64,000 nucleotides of DNA, taken from NCBI GenBank assembly GCA_965140585.1, contig OZ223272.1, positions 32,001-96,000 on the forward strand, given 5' to 3'. Source of the stretch: Spirochaetia bacterium. Its GTDB lineage: Bacteria; Spirochaetota; Spirochaetia; UBA9216. The notes beneath the pieces are model-generated. The model had not been told where the DNA came from. It saw only the letters and a list, made by a program, of their open reading frames with translations, and did no database searches. This document shows positions 1-9,399 of the stretch, in pieces (the stretch's first letter is position 1; every line of letters starts with the position of its first letter). The position numbers and the translations under genes were made by a program.

Positions 1-1674
1 TTGAAAGCCGAGATTACTATAAATCTGGGTAAATCAGCTCTTGACTCCAATGATATGGAATCTGCAAAAGAATATTTTCAAAGTGTTCTTGATTCGAACG
101 AGCTAAGCGACTTCGGAATAATAACAGCATCAGCTATGCTGGGCAGCGCCAGAGTTCAGATACACAGGAACAAACTCCAGGATGCAGAAAATAAACTCGA
201 GAATGCTCTGAAACTGTTTTCAGATATCGGTCATGATTTCGGCAAAGCTGAATGCTTTTACCGGATTGGAGAGATTAAAATAATACGGCAGGATTTTGAT
301 AAGGCTCTGAACTTTATTGATGAAGCTGAATCAATTGCAGTAAAACAGAATCTGCAGGATCTGCTTAGACGCTGTATGAAACGCAGGGCCCATATCAGCA
401 GGCATCTGGGTGATTTCAAAAAAGCCTATGAATACTTCTTAAGGTTTTATGAATTCGAACAGATTCAGAAAAATGACGGGCTCAAAAACAGACTGAGAAA
501 GATCTCAATTCTTTATGAAACAGAGCATACCGAAACAGAGAAAGAATCCTACAGGATGAGATTTCTGGAGATGGAACGCTCAAATAAAGAAATCAAGATT
601 ATCAACCGTATAGGCAGGGAAATAACATCATCACTTGATCCGGAAGAAATCCTTCACAGAACCTATGAAAGCCTGGGAGAATTTCTTGAGATGACATCTT
701 TCGGCATAGCGCTGCTTGATAGAAAAGAAAACAACCTTACAATGAAATTCTTCATTGAGAACGGCAAGAGGATGCAGCCTCTGATTCTTAAAATGGATGA
801 TAAAACAAGCCTCTCTGTCTGGTGTATTACCAACGAAAAACCCGTACTTTTCTCAACAACAGCCGAAACCGGGAAATACCTAAAAAACTGGAGAAACCGT
901 TTCAATGTTGAAATAAACTCTGCAATATTTCTACCCATACTGCACGGCCGTGAAATACTCGGATGCCTGACTGTCCAGAGTACATTTGAACATTCATATA
1001 CCGAAGCTAACCTGAACCTGCTTGGTGCGGTTGCATCATTCATTGCTGTAGCACTGGATAATTCAAAAGCCCATACAGAGCTTAATATGCTGAACAAGAT
1101 AGTTACTGATGAAAAGGTTAATCTTGAAATTGCCTACCGAAGAATCAGCCACATGGCCAATCATGATGCCCTGACAGATTTACCGAACAGACATCTGTTA
1201 AGAGAGCTTATTAAAAACGGAATAAAAATGGCTGATCGGGACAGTACAAAACTTGCCGTACTTTATATGGATCTTGATTCATTCAAACAGGTCAATGATA
1301 CCCTGGGCCATGATGCCGGTGACGAGCTGCTGAAAACAGTCTCACAGAGGATTAAAAATGCCCTTAGAACCTCGGACACCGTAGCCAGAATAGGCGGGGA
1401 TGAATTTATAGCCGTCATTTATAATATTGGAACAGTTGAAAATGTACGTTCTGTTGCTGAAAAAATAATTGAAACAGTGCACTCGGACATCATTCTTAAA
1501 GATATTAAGTACAATGTAGGGACAAGCATAGGCGCCTCTATTTATCCTGATGATGAAGTTAATATGGAAGAACTTATAAGAAAGGCTGATGCAGCAATGT
1601 ATGCGGCAAAAAATTCAGGTAAAAACCGGACTGTCTTTCATTCCGACAGCCCGGCTGAAATTTCTAACGTGTAA
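1..1674 (+). CDS. Diguanylate cyclase, TPR-GAF-GGDEF (probably 5'-truncated by window edge)
   Basis: TPR-like helical repeats, a GAF region, HDALTDLPNR, DLDSFKQVNDTLGH, an RxxD I-site (RTSD) and ARIGGDEF. Confidence 0.92.
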   Translation: MKAEITINLGKSALDSNDMESAKEYFQSVLDSNELSDFGIITASAMLGSARVQIHRNKLQDAENKLENALKLFSDIGHDFGKAECFYRIGEIKIIRQDFDKALNFIDEAESIAVKQNLQDLLRRCMKRRAHISRHLGDFKKAYEYFLRFYEFEQIQKNDGLKNRLRKISILYETEHTETEKESYRMRFLEMERSNKEIKIINRIGREITSSLDPEEILHRTYESLGEFLEMTSFGIALLDRKENNLTMKFFIENGKRMQPLILKMDDKTSLSVWCITNEKPVLFSTTAETGKYLKNWRNRFNVEINSAIFLPILHGREILGCLTVQSTFEHSYTEANLNLLGAVASFIAVALDNSKAHTELNMLNKIVTDEKVNLEIAYRRISHMANHDALTDLPNRHLLRELIKNGIKMADRDSTKLAVLYMDLDSFKQVNDTLGHDAGDELLKTVSQRIKNALRTSDTVARIGGDEFIAVIYNIGTVENVRSVAEKIIETVHSDIILKDIKYNVGTSIGASIYPDDEVNMEELIRKADAAMYAAKNSGKNRTVFHSDSPAEISNV

Positions 1675-3346
1675 GATTTCTGTATTTAATTCTATGCGGT
1701 CTGTCCGCTTCAATTCCAAGACGTTTTTTACGGTTCTCTTCGTACTCGGTATAATTTCCCTCAAAGAAAAATACCTGGCTGTCACCCTCAAAAGCAAGAA
1801 TATGCGTCGTAATTCTGTCCAGAAACCAGCGGTCGTGGCTTATAACAGCAACACAGCCTGCATAGGAATTAATTGCTTCTTCAAGTGCCCTAATAGTATT
1901 AACATCAAGGTCGTTAGTCGGTTCGTCAAGAAGCAGAAGATTGGAACCTTCCTTCAGCATCAGTGCAAGCTGCACCCTGTTCCTTTCTCCACCGGAGAGA
2001 ACCCCTATCTTCTTCTGCTGATCAGCACCCTGGAAATTAAACTGAGCTGCATAGGCTCTGGAGTTAAGCTCTCTGTTTCCCAGTTTCATTGTTTCATGTC
2101 CGCCGGAGATCTGCTCCCAGACGGATTTGTCCGGATCAAGGATTTCCCGCATCTGGTCGACATGGGCAATCTTCACAGTCTGACCAACGGTAATCTTTCC
2201 CTCATCCGGAGTCTCTGAGCCGGTAATCATCCTGAACAGGGTTGTTTTACCTGCACCGTTGGGACCGATGATTCCGATAATTGCTCCTGGCGGGATGGAC
2301 ATATCAAGCCCTTCGATGAGTATTTTATCGTCATATGATTTTTTAAGTCCTTCAGTCTCAATTACAATGTCACCAAGACGCGGTCCCTGCGGAATGAAAA
2401 TCTGAAGTTTTGATTCCTTTTCGGATGTATTCTGATTTAATAGCTGCTCATAGGAATTAATCCTGGCTTTGGCTTTGGCATGACGGCCCTTTGGACTCAT
2501 CCGAATCCATTCAAGCTCGTTCTGCAGAGTTTTCTGGCGGGCGGATTCCTGCTTCTCCTCCTGGGCCAGACGCTGCTGTTTCTGCTCAAGCCATGAGGAA
2601 TAGTTCCCTTTCCAGGGTATGCCCTTTCCGCGGTCAAGCTCAAGAATCCAGCCGGCAACGTTATCAAGGAAATACCTGTCGTGCGTTACTGCAATTACCG
2701 TTCCCTCGTATTTCTGAAGATGCTGTTCAAGCCATCCTACAGTTTCAGCATCAAGATGGTTGGTGGGCTCATCAAGCAGCAGGATGTCAGGTTTCTGAAG
2801 AAGCAGTCTGCAGAGGGCAACACGTCTTTTCTCACCGCCTGATAGAATCCCGGTTTTAACATCTTCAGGCGGACATCTCAACGCATCCATTGCCATTTCA
2901 AGCCTTGAATCGAGATCCCAGGCTCCGAGATCTTCCAGCCTGTCCTGAACAACTCCCTGCCTTTCCAGTAGTTTGTTCATTTCATCATCATCCATCGGCT
3001 CGGCGAATTTCTCATTGATGCTGTCGTATTCAGTCAGCAGATCAACAGTTTCCTGTACACCCTGCTGTACAATTTCCTTTACGGTCATTTCAGGATCAAG
3101 ATAGGGTTCCTGCTCCAGGTATCCTATGGTGAAGCCCTCGGATATTACAGTCTCGCCCTGAATTTCCTTATCTACTCCCGCAAGAATTTTAAGAAGCGTA
3201 GATTTACCCGATCCGTTTAAACCGAGAACACCGATCTTTGCACCGTAAAAATAGGACAGGTATATGTCCTTGAGAATAACCTTCTGGTTGATGGTCTTAC
3301 TGACCCCGACCATTGAATATATGATCTTTTCAGCTTCGTTCGCCAT
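1664..3346 (-). CDS. ettA: Energy-dependent translational throttle protein EttA (ABC-F)
   Basis: Two ABC domains (GLNGSGKS, GPNGAGKT), LSYFYGAKIG, ELDRGKGIPWKGNYSSWL, and C-terminal PHRIKY typical of EttA. Confidence 0.95.
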   Translation of the reverse strand: MANEAEKIIYSMVGVSKTINQKVILKDIYLSYFYGAKIGVLGLNGSGKSTLLKILAGVDKEIQGETVISEGFTIGYLEQEPYLDPEMTVKEIVQQGVQETVDLLTEYDSINEKFAEPMDDDEMNKLLERQGVVQDRLEDLGAWDLDSRLEMAMDALRCPPEDVKTGILSGGEKRRVALCRLLLQKPDILLLDEPTNHLDAETVGWLEQHLQKYEGTVIAVTHDRYFLDNVAGWILELDRGKGIPWKGNYSSWLEQKQQRLAQEEKQESARQKTLQNELEWIRMSPKGRHAKAKARINSYEQLLNQNTSEKESKLQIFIPQGPRLGDIVIETEGLKKSYDDKILIEGLDMSIPPGAIIGIIGPNGAGKTTLFRMITGSETPDEGKITVGQTVKIAHVDQMREILDPDKSVWEQISGGHETMKLGNRELNSRAYAAQFNFQGADQQKKIGVLSGGERNRVQLALMLKEGSNLLLLDEPTNDLDVNTIRALEEAINSYAGCVAVISHDRWFLDRITTHILAFEGDSQVFFFEGNYTEYEENRKKRLGIEADRPHRIKYRNLTR

Positions 3347-3365
3347 TTATTCCTCCAAATATATT

Positions 3366-4724
3366 TTATAGCTTTTCTTTATGCATTTTGTTAAGCAGTT
3401 TTAATTCCTTTACCGCCATCGGCAGGGTGAGGATAAAACTCAGAATATCAGCAAGAGGCTGTGCAATTGCCACACCGTTGATTCCAATAAACCGGGGAAG
3501 AATCAGCATAGCCGGGATAAGAAAAAGCCCCTGCCTTGCCGATGAAAGAACTCCGGCCTGAAGCCCCTTTCCATGAGCCTGAAACATTGCAGCAAAGCAG
3601 TTCTGAACTCCGACAAAGATAAGGGTAATACTGGCGAATCGCATGAATTTTATTCCGGCTGTCATCACCTCCGGATCGGAGGTAAAAATCCCTACAATAA
3701 ATCTGGTAAAAACCAGAAAAACTGTTGACATAAAAAGCCCGAAAACGGTGTTCCAGGAGACCGCCTTTTTAACCGTTTGAATTACCCTGTCATACTGCCT
3801 TGCGCCGTAATTGAATCCGGCAAGAGGCTGAAGGCCCTGTCCTATACCGAAGAAAACCATCATAGTCAGTGAAACGACCCGCAGAGTAATTCCCACTCCG
3901 GCAACCGCGTAGTCGCCGAACATGGATGCGGCAAGATTTGTAACTCCCATTGCACCGCTTGTAAGAAGCTGTCTGATTAATGTCGGGGTTCCGATAGCCA
4001 TAATCTGTTTGTACATAGCCGCTGTAGGTGAAAAATCCTTCAGCCGCAGCTTAAGGATGCCTTTTGAGAAAACAAAATATCGGAGAAGGTAGAGCGTGCT
4101 TATAAGCTGGGCAGTAATGGTTGCAGCGGCTGCACCGGCAAGCCCCATCTTAAAAACAAACATAAAAACGGGATCAAGAATCATGTTAAGACCGCCGCCT
4201 AATATCAAGCCGCGGCTGCTGTAACCGGCAGCACCTTCGGCACGAAGCATATTGTTCAGGCACATGTTTATAATCTGAAAAACCGAACCGCCGATGATAA
4301 TCCTGCCGTAAATTACAGCCCTGTCCATTATGGAATCGGTTGCCCCGAAAATCCGGAGTAAAGGTACAATGAAAATATTGCCAAGCACGGCGAAGGCTAT
4401 TCCAATAACCAGGGTTGTATAGAAGGCGGTTGAAGCCGAAGCCCTTGCTTCTTTGGGCTTTTCCTCACCGAGCTTTCTTGAAATCATTGAACCGGCCCCC
4501 ATGCCGAAAGTCAGTCCGATTGCTCCGATAAGCATAAATATCGGAAAAACGACTGCAGAAGCGCCTATTGAAGGTGTATCATTTAACAGGCCAATAAAAG
4601 CGGTATCTACTACATTGTAAACGGCATTAACAAGCATGGCTGTTGCGGCGGGGACGGCAAGGTTTCTGAGTGCGGCGCCAATATTCCCGCTTCGAAGCAT
4701 TTCGGTTCGTTCATTTTTATCCAT
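3366..4724 (-). CDS. MATE family efflux transporter
   Basis: About 12 TM segments, LAVPA..AMLVNAVYNVVDTAFIG, GLQPLAGFNYGA; start moved to ATG at 4724 (MDKNER). Confidence 0.9.
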   Translation of the reverse strand: MDKNERTEMLRSGNIGAALRNLAVPAATAMLVNAVYNVVDTAFIGLLNDTPSIGASAVVFPIFMLIGAIGLTFGMGAGSMISRKLGEEKPKEARASASTAFYTTLVIGIAFAVLGNIFIVPLLRIFGATDSIMDRAVIYGRIIIGGSVFQIINMCLNNMLRAEGAAGYSSRGLILGGGLNMILDPVFMFVFKMGLAGAAAATITAQLISTLYLLRYFVFSKGILKLRLKDFSPTAAMYKQIMAIGTPTLIRQLLTSGAMGVTNLAASMFGDYAVAGVGITLRVVSLTMMVFFGIGQGLQPLAGFNYGARQYDRVIQTVKKAVSWNTVFGLFMSTVFLVFTRFIVGIFTSDPEVMTAGIKFMRFASITLIFVGVQNCFAAMFQAHGKGLQAGVLSSARQGLFLIPAMLILPRFIGINGVAIAQPLADILSFILTLPMAVKELKLLNKMHKEKL

Positions 4725-4740
4725 ATGAAATTCAGGATAC

Positions 4741-5151
4741 TTGGCGATGAAAAACAAATCAAGTAATATGAGGAAAGTATTTTCGGAGTTGCCGATGATT
4801 GAGAACACTTATCTGGATAAATTTAAAAATCTGCCTGAAGACCCTGCCGCCGAGGCTATAAAACAGACAGCCGGAGAACTTGAAATGCTCAGCTTCAGCC
4901 CTACACTACTGATAGATACACCTGATTTTCTGTTCTTCACAAAGACCGGAATTATAGCTGAAGCAGAAAGAGTTGCAGGGTTTCCGGATGAAAAACTGCC
5001 TGAGTTCAGCAATGAAAGTTTTAATGATTCAAATGATTTCCGCAGAAAGCACATTGATCTTCTATATTATTACTACGAGCTTCTCTCAAGGCTAAGACTT
5101 AATATACCGGAAGCCTGGGACTATGTGCATGAACTTTATGAGGATGACTGA
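4741..5151 (+). CDS. Hypothetical acidic protein (start uncertain)
   Basis: 136-aa ORF filling the gap between minus-strand genes; protein-like C-terminus HIDLLYYYYELLSRLR..PEAWDYVHELYEDD. Confidence 0.65.
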   Translation: MAMKNKSSNMRKVFSELPMIENTYLDKFKNLPEDPAAEAIKQTAGELEMLSFSPTLLIDTPDFLFFTKTGIIAEAERVAGFPDEKLPEFSNESFNDSNDFRRKHIDLLYYYYELLSRLRLNIPEAWDYVHELYEDD

Positions 5152-5170
5152 GCAGATTTGATGATGTAAA

Positions 5171-7057
5171 TCATTTTCTAATCATTACATCTTCATACAG
5201 TGCAAGATGCCAGCCTTCAAGGTTCGAGAAGGCTTTTCGTTCCGGGCTTTTAATCGTCCCTATGCCTGAAGTTTCAAGAAATTTTCTGATAGTCTGAATT
5301 CTTTTATATATTTTCTGGTAATGGGCACAGGAACTGGCTTTGCAGCCAAGGGAACAGCCCTCTGCGGTTTCGGGCTCAAGGTGCTCAAGGATTTCGGAAC
5401 AGTAGAGGGTCTCATCGTCCTTGGTAAGCAGCATTTTAAGTATTTCCATATTTGTCTCACTCAACCCTGCAAGCAGAGGTCTGCCCATAAAAAGAACACT
5501 GCCGTTTCTCTGTTCAAGAAGCTTTCCGGGCAGGGTAAAAAATATTACTGACAGCACAAAGAATATAATCAGAAGAATACGGTCGGCCATGACGGCCAGG
5601 ATATCAGGTATAAACCTGTCTGTTGCCTGAAACCCGGCAGACAGGGGCATATCCCTGGAAATAGAGAGAATAACCATAAAAAACCAGATCAGCCAGTAAA
5701 TAATGCCTGAAGTTCTGTCCCTGTTTATCAGTCTGCCGCTTCTGAATTCCACCGCGGGGACCCCTAGAAGAAAAATAATCGTACATATAACAAAATTACG
5801 AATTCCCGAGAAGAGCGCAAATATTTCATCATGCCGGTTAAGAGAGTAAGCAAGAAAAAACAGAAACACTGCAGAAATAATCTGTGTCCGGAAGATAATT
5901 TTCCGTTTTCTGATAAACAGAGGCAGAACCAGAATAGATAAGACCATGCAGAAGAGAATAATAAATTTCATACGGCTGTTTACCGGTGTCTCGAAGGCGA
6001 AAAGCAGGGAACCGCTGACCGCAATGATTACGGAAAGGATAAACCAGACAGGACCAGGTTTTTTCCTTGGTTTCACAGTATTCAGAACAGCTTTTTCTGA
6101 AAGAAGGGCTGAAAAACTACCTTCGGTAATATCCCTGAACACAGATTTTGTCCTTCTATGTTCTACAGCAACATCAGGATAGAGAATAAGACCCCAGCCT
6201 TCCTCAACCACATTACGTTTGTTTTCGGGGGGGATAATCATGCCAATACCGTAGTTCTCGAGTTTCTTTCCAAGATCAGTTACATAGCGATAGACTGCAG
6301 CGTATCCGGGACACAGCGACGCCTTGCAGGCGGCAACGTCATCACAATTCATGCCTTTAAGATCCGCCCCAGTGCTCCGGAAATAATCACGGCAGCGTAT
6401 ATTCCTGCCCTGCTCCACAGCAGCAGTCAGCATCTGTATCTGGGGCTCGTTAAATGAGGCGGTAATATCCTCATTCCTGAAGAAGAGTCTGCCTTTGAAA
6501 AAAATCAGCTTCTTTGAGGCGCTGCTTTTCAGGTTCATCAGAAACAGTACGGCCGGAATATAATTGGCGGCCTCATAAAACCCCGAAACAAGCTTCCAGG
6601 GTTCAGCTATCTGATGGCTGGAAAATAGAAAATAGATTCTCATAAATAGAAGCATCAGCGAGTATGATGCAAGCAGAATGATGATAAAATTCAATCCGCG
6701 GATCAGCTGGTCAAAGACCTGCCGCCTGAAGAAACGGAAAATCAGGCTGTAACTCAGAGCAAGAAGCGGGCCCGGATAGTAGAATAAAAACATGGAATAG
6801 TAAGCTCTGTCGAGTAGAAATCCGGAGGCAGTTCCTGTTGCTGCAATCCAGAAAAATATAAGTATTGAAAATCCGACAACCCTGCTTCTGGATTTTATAC
6901 AGAAAAGAATCAGAATGAGTCCAAACTGGATAAAAAACAGGAATAGACTGTACGCCGCCGAAAACCCGTTTCGTCCATCCATTGTCAGCCCTGTAATCAG
7001 TACGGGAATAGAGGAGTATAAGGAAAGAAGTACGGATATAATTGAAGGCTTTCGCAT
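5171..7057 (-). CDS. Membrane protein with two tandem [TM bundle + Cys-rich winged-helix-like] halves
   Basis: Internal duplication: C..C..CKAS.C..Y..(V/I)Y.....L...GIG.I..PE.K....EGW.L.LY.DV occurs twice, each after a hydrophobic block; paralog at 10952-12774. Confidence 0.8.
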   Translation of the reverse strand: MRKPSIISVLLSLYSSIPVLITGLTMDGRNGFSAAYSLFLFFIQFGLILILFCIKSRSRVVGFSILIFFWIAATGTASGFLLDRAYYSMFLFYYPGPLLALSYSLIFRFFRRQVFDQLIRGLNFIIILLASYSLMLLFMRIYFLFSSHQIAEPWKLVSGFYEAANYIPAVLFLMNLKSSASKKLIFFKGRLFFRNEDITASFNEPQIQMLTAAVEQGRNIRCRDYFRSTGADLKGMNCDDVAACKASLCPGYAAVYRYVTDLGKKLENYGIGMIIPPENKRNVVEEGWGLILYPDVAVEHRRTKSVFRDITEGSFSALLSEKAVLNTVKPRKKPGPVWFILSVIIAVSGSLLFAFETPVNSRMKFIILFCMVLSILVLPLFIRKRKIIFRTQIISAVFLFFLAYSLNRHDEIFALFSGIRNFVICTIIFLLGVPAVEFRSGRLINRDRTSGIIYWLIWFFMVILSISRDMPLSAGFQATDRFIPDILAVMADRILLIIFFVLSVIFFTLPGKLLEQRNGSVLFMGRPLLAGLSETNMEILKMLLTKDDETLYCSEILEHLEPETAEGCSLGCKASSCAHYQKIYKRIQTIRKFLETSGIGTIKSPERKAFSNLEGWHLALYEDVMIRK

Positions 7058-7746
7058 CAGCTGCCCCTTCCGCCGAATGCCAGTCTTGCTACAATTATCG
7101 GAGTGATAAAAAACAGGACTGACAGGACACCGTACTCAGGATATGTTATTGCAATAATTACTGCTGCAAAGCTGGCCGGAAGAGCGTCGGCATAATAGGG
7201 TTTGAATACATCAATAAGGTATCGGAAAAAAGAACGGCCTTCTTCAAGTCTGTAAAAAAGGGCGTTGAAAACACAGGAAACCAGAAAGAAAACAGGGGCG
7301 GTGATTAAAGCCGGAAGGATGGAGGTTCCTCCTGCTGCAGCCGCTGTATATATGTAGAGCCGATCCACCAAAAAAAGAATTATTATAAAATGCGAAACAT
7401 TAAAAATAGTCAGTCTGGGCGGTGTTGTAAGAATATAACTGAGGCCTTTCTCCTGTTTTCGTACGGTAAAAAGTGCTGTAGCAAGTATGCAGAACAAAGA
7501 AGCAACAGGCCCGCCGGAGAGGTAGGCTCCGAAAAAAACAGCCTCTATTGTTGAGATATAGATGTTTCCGCTGGAAATATACACCGAGAAGGATTCACTT
7601 AAAACAGCAAGAACAGACCAGACGATAATAACAGAGATACTGTAATCGGCAGGCTGACTTCCTGAAAAAATAAGAATTGCGCACAGAACAGCTGCTGTGG
7701 AAATAATGATAAGAAAAAGCAGAGCGCCGCGCGGATAAACATTCAT
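7057..7746 (-). CDS. Stand-alone MASE9-like integral membrane protein
   Basis: About 7 TM segments, LSES..V......IS..EAVF....L..GP..; stop overlaps the ATG of the next gene (TGATG); paralog at 10258-10955. Family name is by recalled resemblance only. Confidence 0.7.
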   Translation of the reverse strand: MNVYPRGALLFLIIISTAAVLCAILIFSGSQPADYSISVIIVWSVLAVLSESFSVYISSGNIYISTIEAVFFGAYLSGGPVASLFCILATALFTVRKQEKGLSYILTTPPRLTIFNVSHFIIILFLVDRLYIYTAAAAGGTSILPALITAPVFFLVSCVFNALFYRLEEGRSFFRYLIDVFKPYYADALPASFAAVIIAITYPEYGVLSVLFFITPIIVARLAFGGRGS

Positions 7747-8044
7747 AAATCAAAACTCCACAACTCGTTTCCGGACGAATTTGTAAAGAAACATGTTAAA
7801 CAAAGCTGAAACGGAAAGCTGCGTCCTGCCTCTATGATACATTTTCAAAAGGACAACAGTCAACAAAAACGCAAAAGTATCGGGAGAAAAATTATGAACC
7901 GGAGCAAAAAGTGCAGTTTTAAAGAAACTAAAATTTAAAATATGGCAGTCAAGGCTGAATATAAACAGCCGGATTTAATCGCCCTGTTGAAGAAAGAAGC
8001 CTCCAGAACTATACTGACTGATGTAAATCCGGAGGCATCTTTTT

Positions 8045-9295
8045 ATGGACAGCAGTCTTTCATCATTACTTTCAAATCTCGGCCTTGGCAACTCTCTTGC
8101 TGGTATTCTGAGTATACTTCTTCTTTTTGCCGGACTGATTTTAGCAAGCCTTATCCTTAATTTTATAATCAGCAGAATTGTAATATCAATTCTTTCCCGC
8201 ACGGTTAAACGCACGAAAACAAAGTGGGATGACATACTGCTTGAAACAGGGCTTTTTCAGAAGGCTGTAAAGATAGTCCCCGGACTGTTTCTATATTTCA
8301 GCTTTCCCCTTGTTTTCCGGGAAGCCGGCAGCCTTGAATCATGGTTTCAGAGACTGGTACTTGCCTACATAATCCTTGTTGTTCTGAATGTATTCAACTC
8401 CTTTCTTACCGGAGTAAACCGAATATATACTACCTATGATATTTCCAAAAACAGGCCAATCAAGGGCTACCTGCAGATCGTCAGAGTCATTGCCGCCATT
8501 ATGGTGATTGTTCTGGTCATCTCGATCCTGATCGACCGATCAGCCCTCGGATTGCTGTCGGGAATCGGAGCCCTTTCGGCAGTTCTTATGCTGGTATTCA
8601 AGGATTCAATACTCGGGCTTGTAGCCGCCATTCAGCTGTCGGGAAACGATATGGTAAGAATCGGCGACTGGATTAGCGTGCCGGACCAGGGCGCGGACGG
8701 TGATGTAATTGATATCAAGCTCCAGACAGTTACCGTACAGAATTTCGATAAAACCATAGTAAGTGTGCCCATCTACAATCTAATTTCAGGTTCATTTACA
8801 AACTGGCGCGGGATGAGTGAATCCGGCGGGCGAAGGATAAAGAGGCATATTAATATAGATATGAACAGCGTTAAATTCTGCACTGATGACATGCTGGAAG
8901 ATTTCCGGCAAATTGATCTCATTAGTGATTTCATACCAAAGAAAAAAGAAGAGATTGATGCCCATAATGCAGGAAAGGGGGTCAATACCGCCCGCGAACT
9001 CAACGGACGTCGGATGACCAACCTGGGAGTCTTCAGGGCCTACCTTGCAGCTTACCTGCGGGATAATCCAGCCATACACGAAAATATGACCTTCCTTGTC
9101 CGCCAGCTTCAGCCGACCGACAAGGGTATCCCGTTGGAAATATACGTATTCAGCCGTGACCAGGTCTGGGCGAACTACGAAAACATACAGGCAGATATAT
9201 TCGATCATATACTTGCCTCAATACCCTTCTTCGAGCTTGCAGTGTTTCAGTCTCCATCAAGCCTTGATTTCAGAAAGAGTTTTGCCGGGAAATAA
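8045..9295 (+). CDS. Mechanosensitive channel, MscS family (YbdG/MscM-like)
   Basis: FKDSILGLVA, GDWI, QNFDKTI, NWRGMSESGGRRIKR, YENIQADIFDH. Confidence 0.93.
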   Translation: MDSSLSSLLSNLGLGNSLAGILSILLLFAGLILASLILNFIISRIVISILSRTVKRTKTKWDDILLETGLFQKAVKIVPGLFLYFSFPLVFREAGSLESWFQRLVLAYIILVVLNVFNSFLTGVNRIYTTYDISKNRPIKGYLQIVRVIAAIMVIVLVISILIDRSALGLLSGIGALSAVLMLVFKDSILGLVAAIQLSGNDMVRIGDWISVPDQGADGDVIDIKLQTVTVQNFDKTIVSVPIYNLISGSFTNWRGMSESGGRRIKRHINIDMNSVKFCTDDMLEDFRQIDLISDFIPKKKEEIDAHNAGKGVNTARELNGRRMTNLGVFRAYLAAYLRDNPAIHENMTFLVRQLQPTDKGIPLEIYVFSRDQVWANYENIQADIFDHILASIPFFELAVFQSPSSLDFRKSFAGK

Positions 9296-9399
9296 TCAAC
9301 TTAGTTGTTTCCGTACGATAGTACTCTCAATTTATTGAAAAGTGACATTCTTTATAATATCCATATCATAAAGAATGTTAATTTTGAGAGGAAAGTAAT

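Noticed and set aside
1589-2218. 209-aa plus-strand ORF
   Set aside because: Antisense shadow of ettA with no motifs
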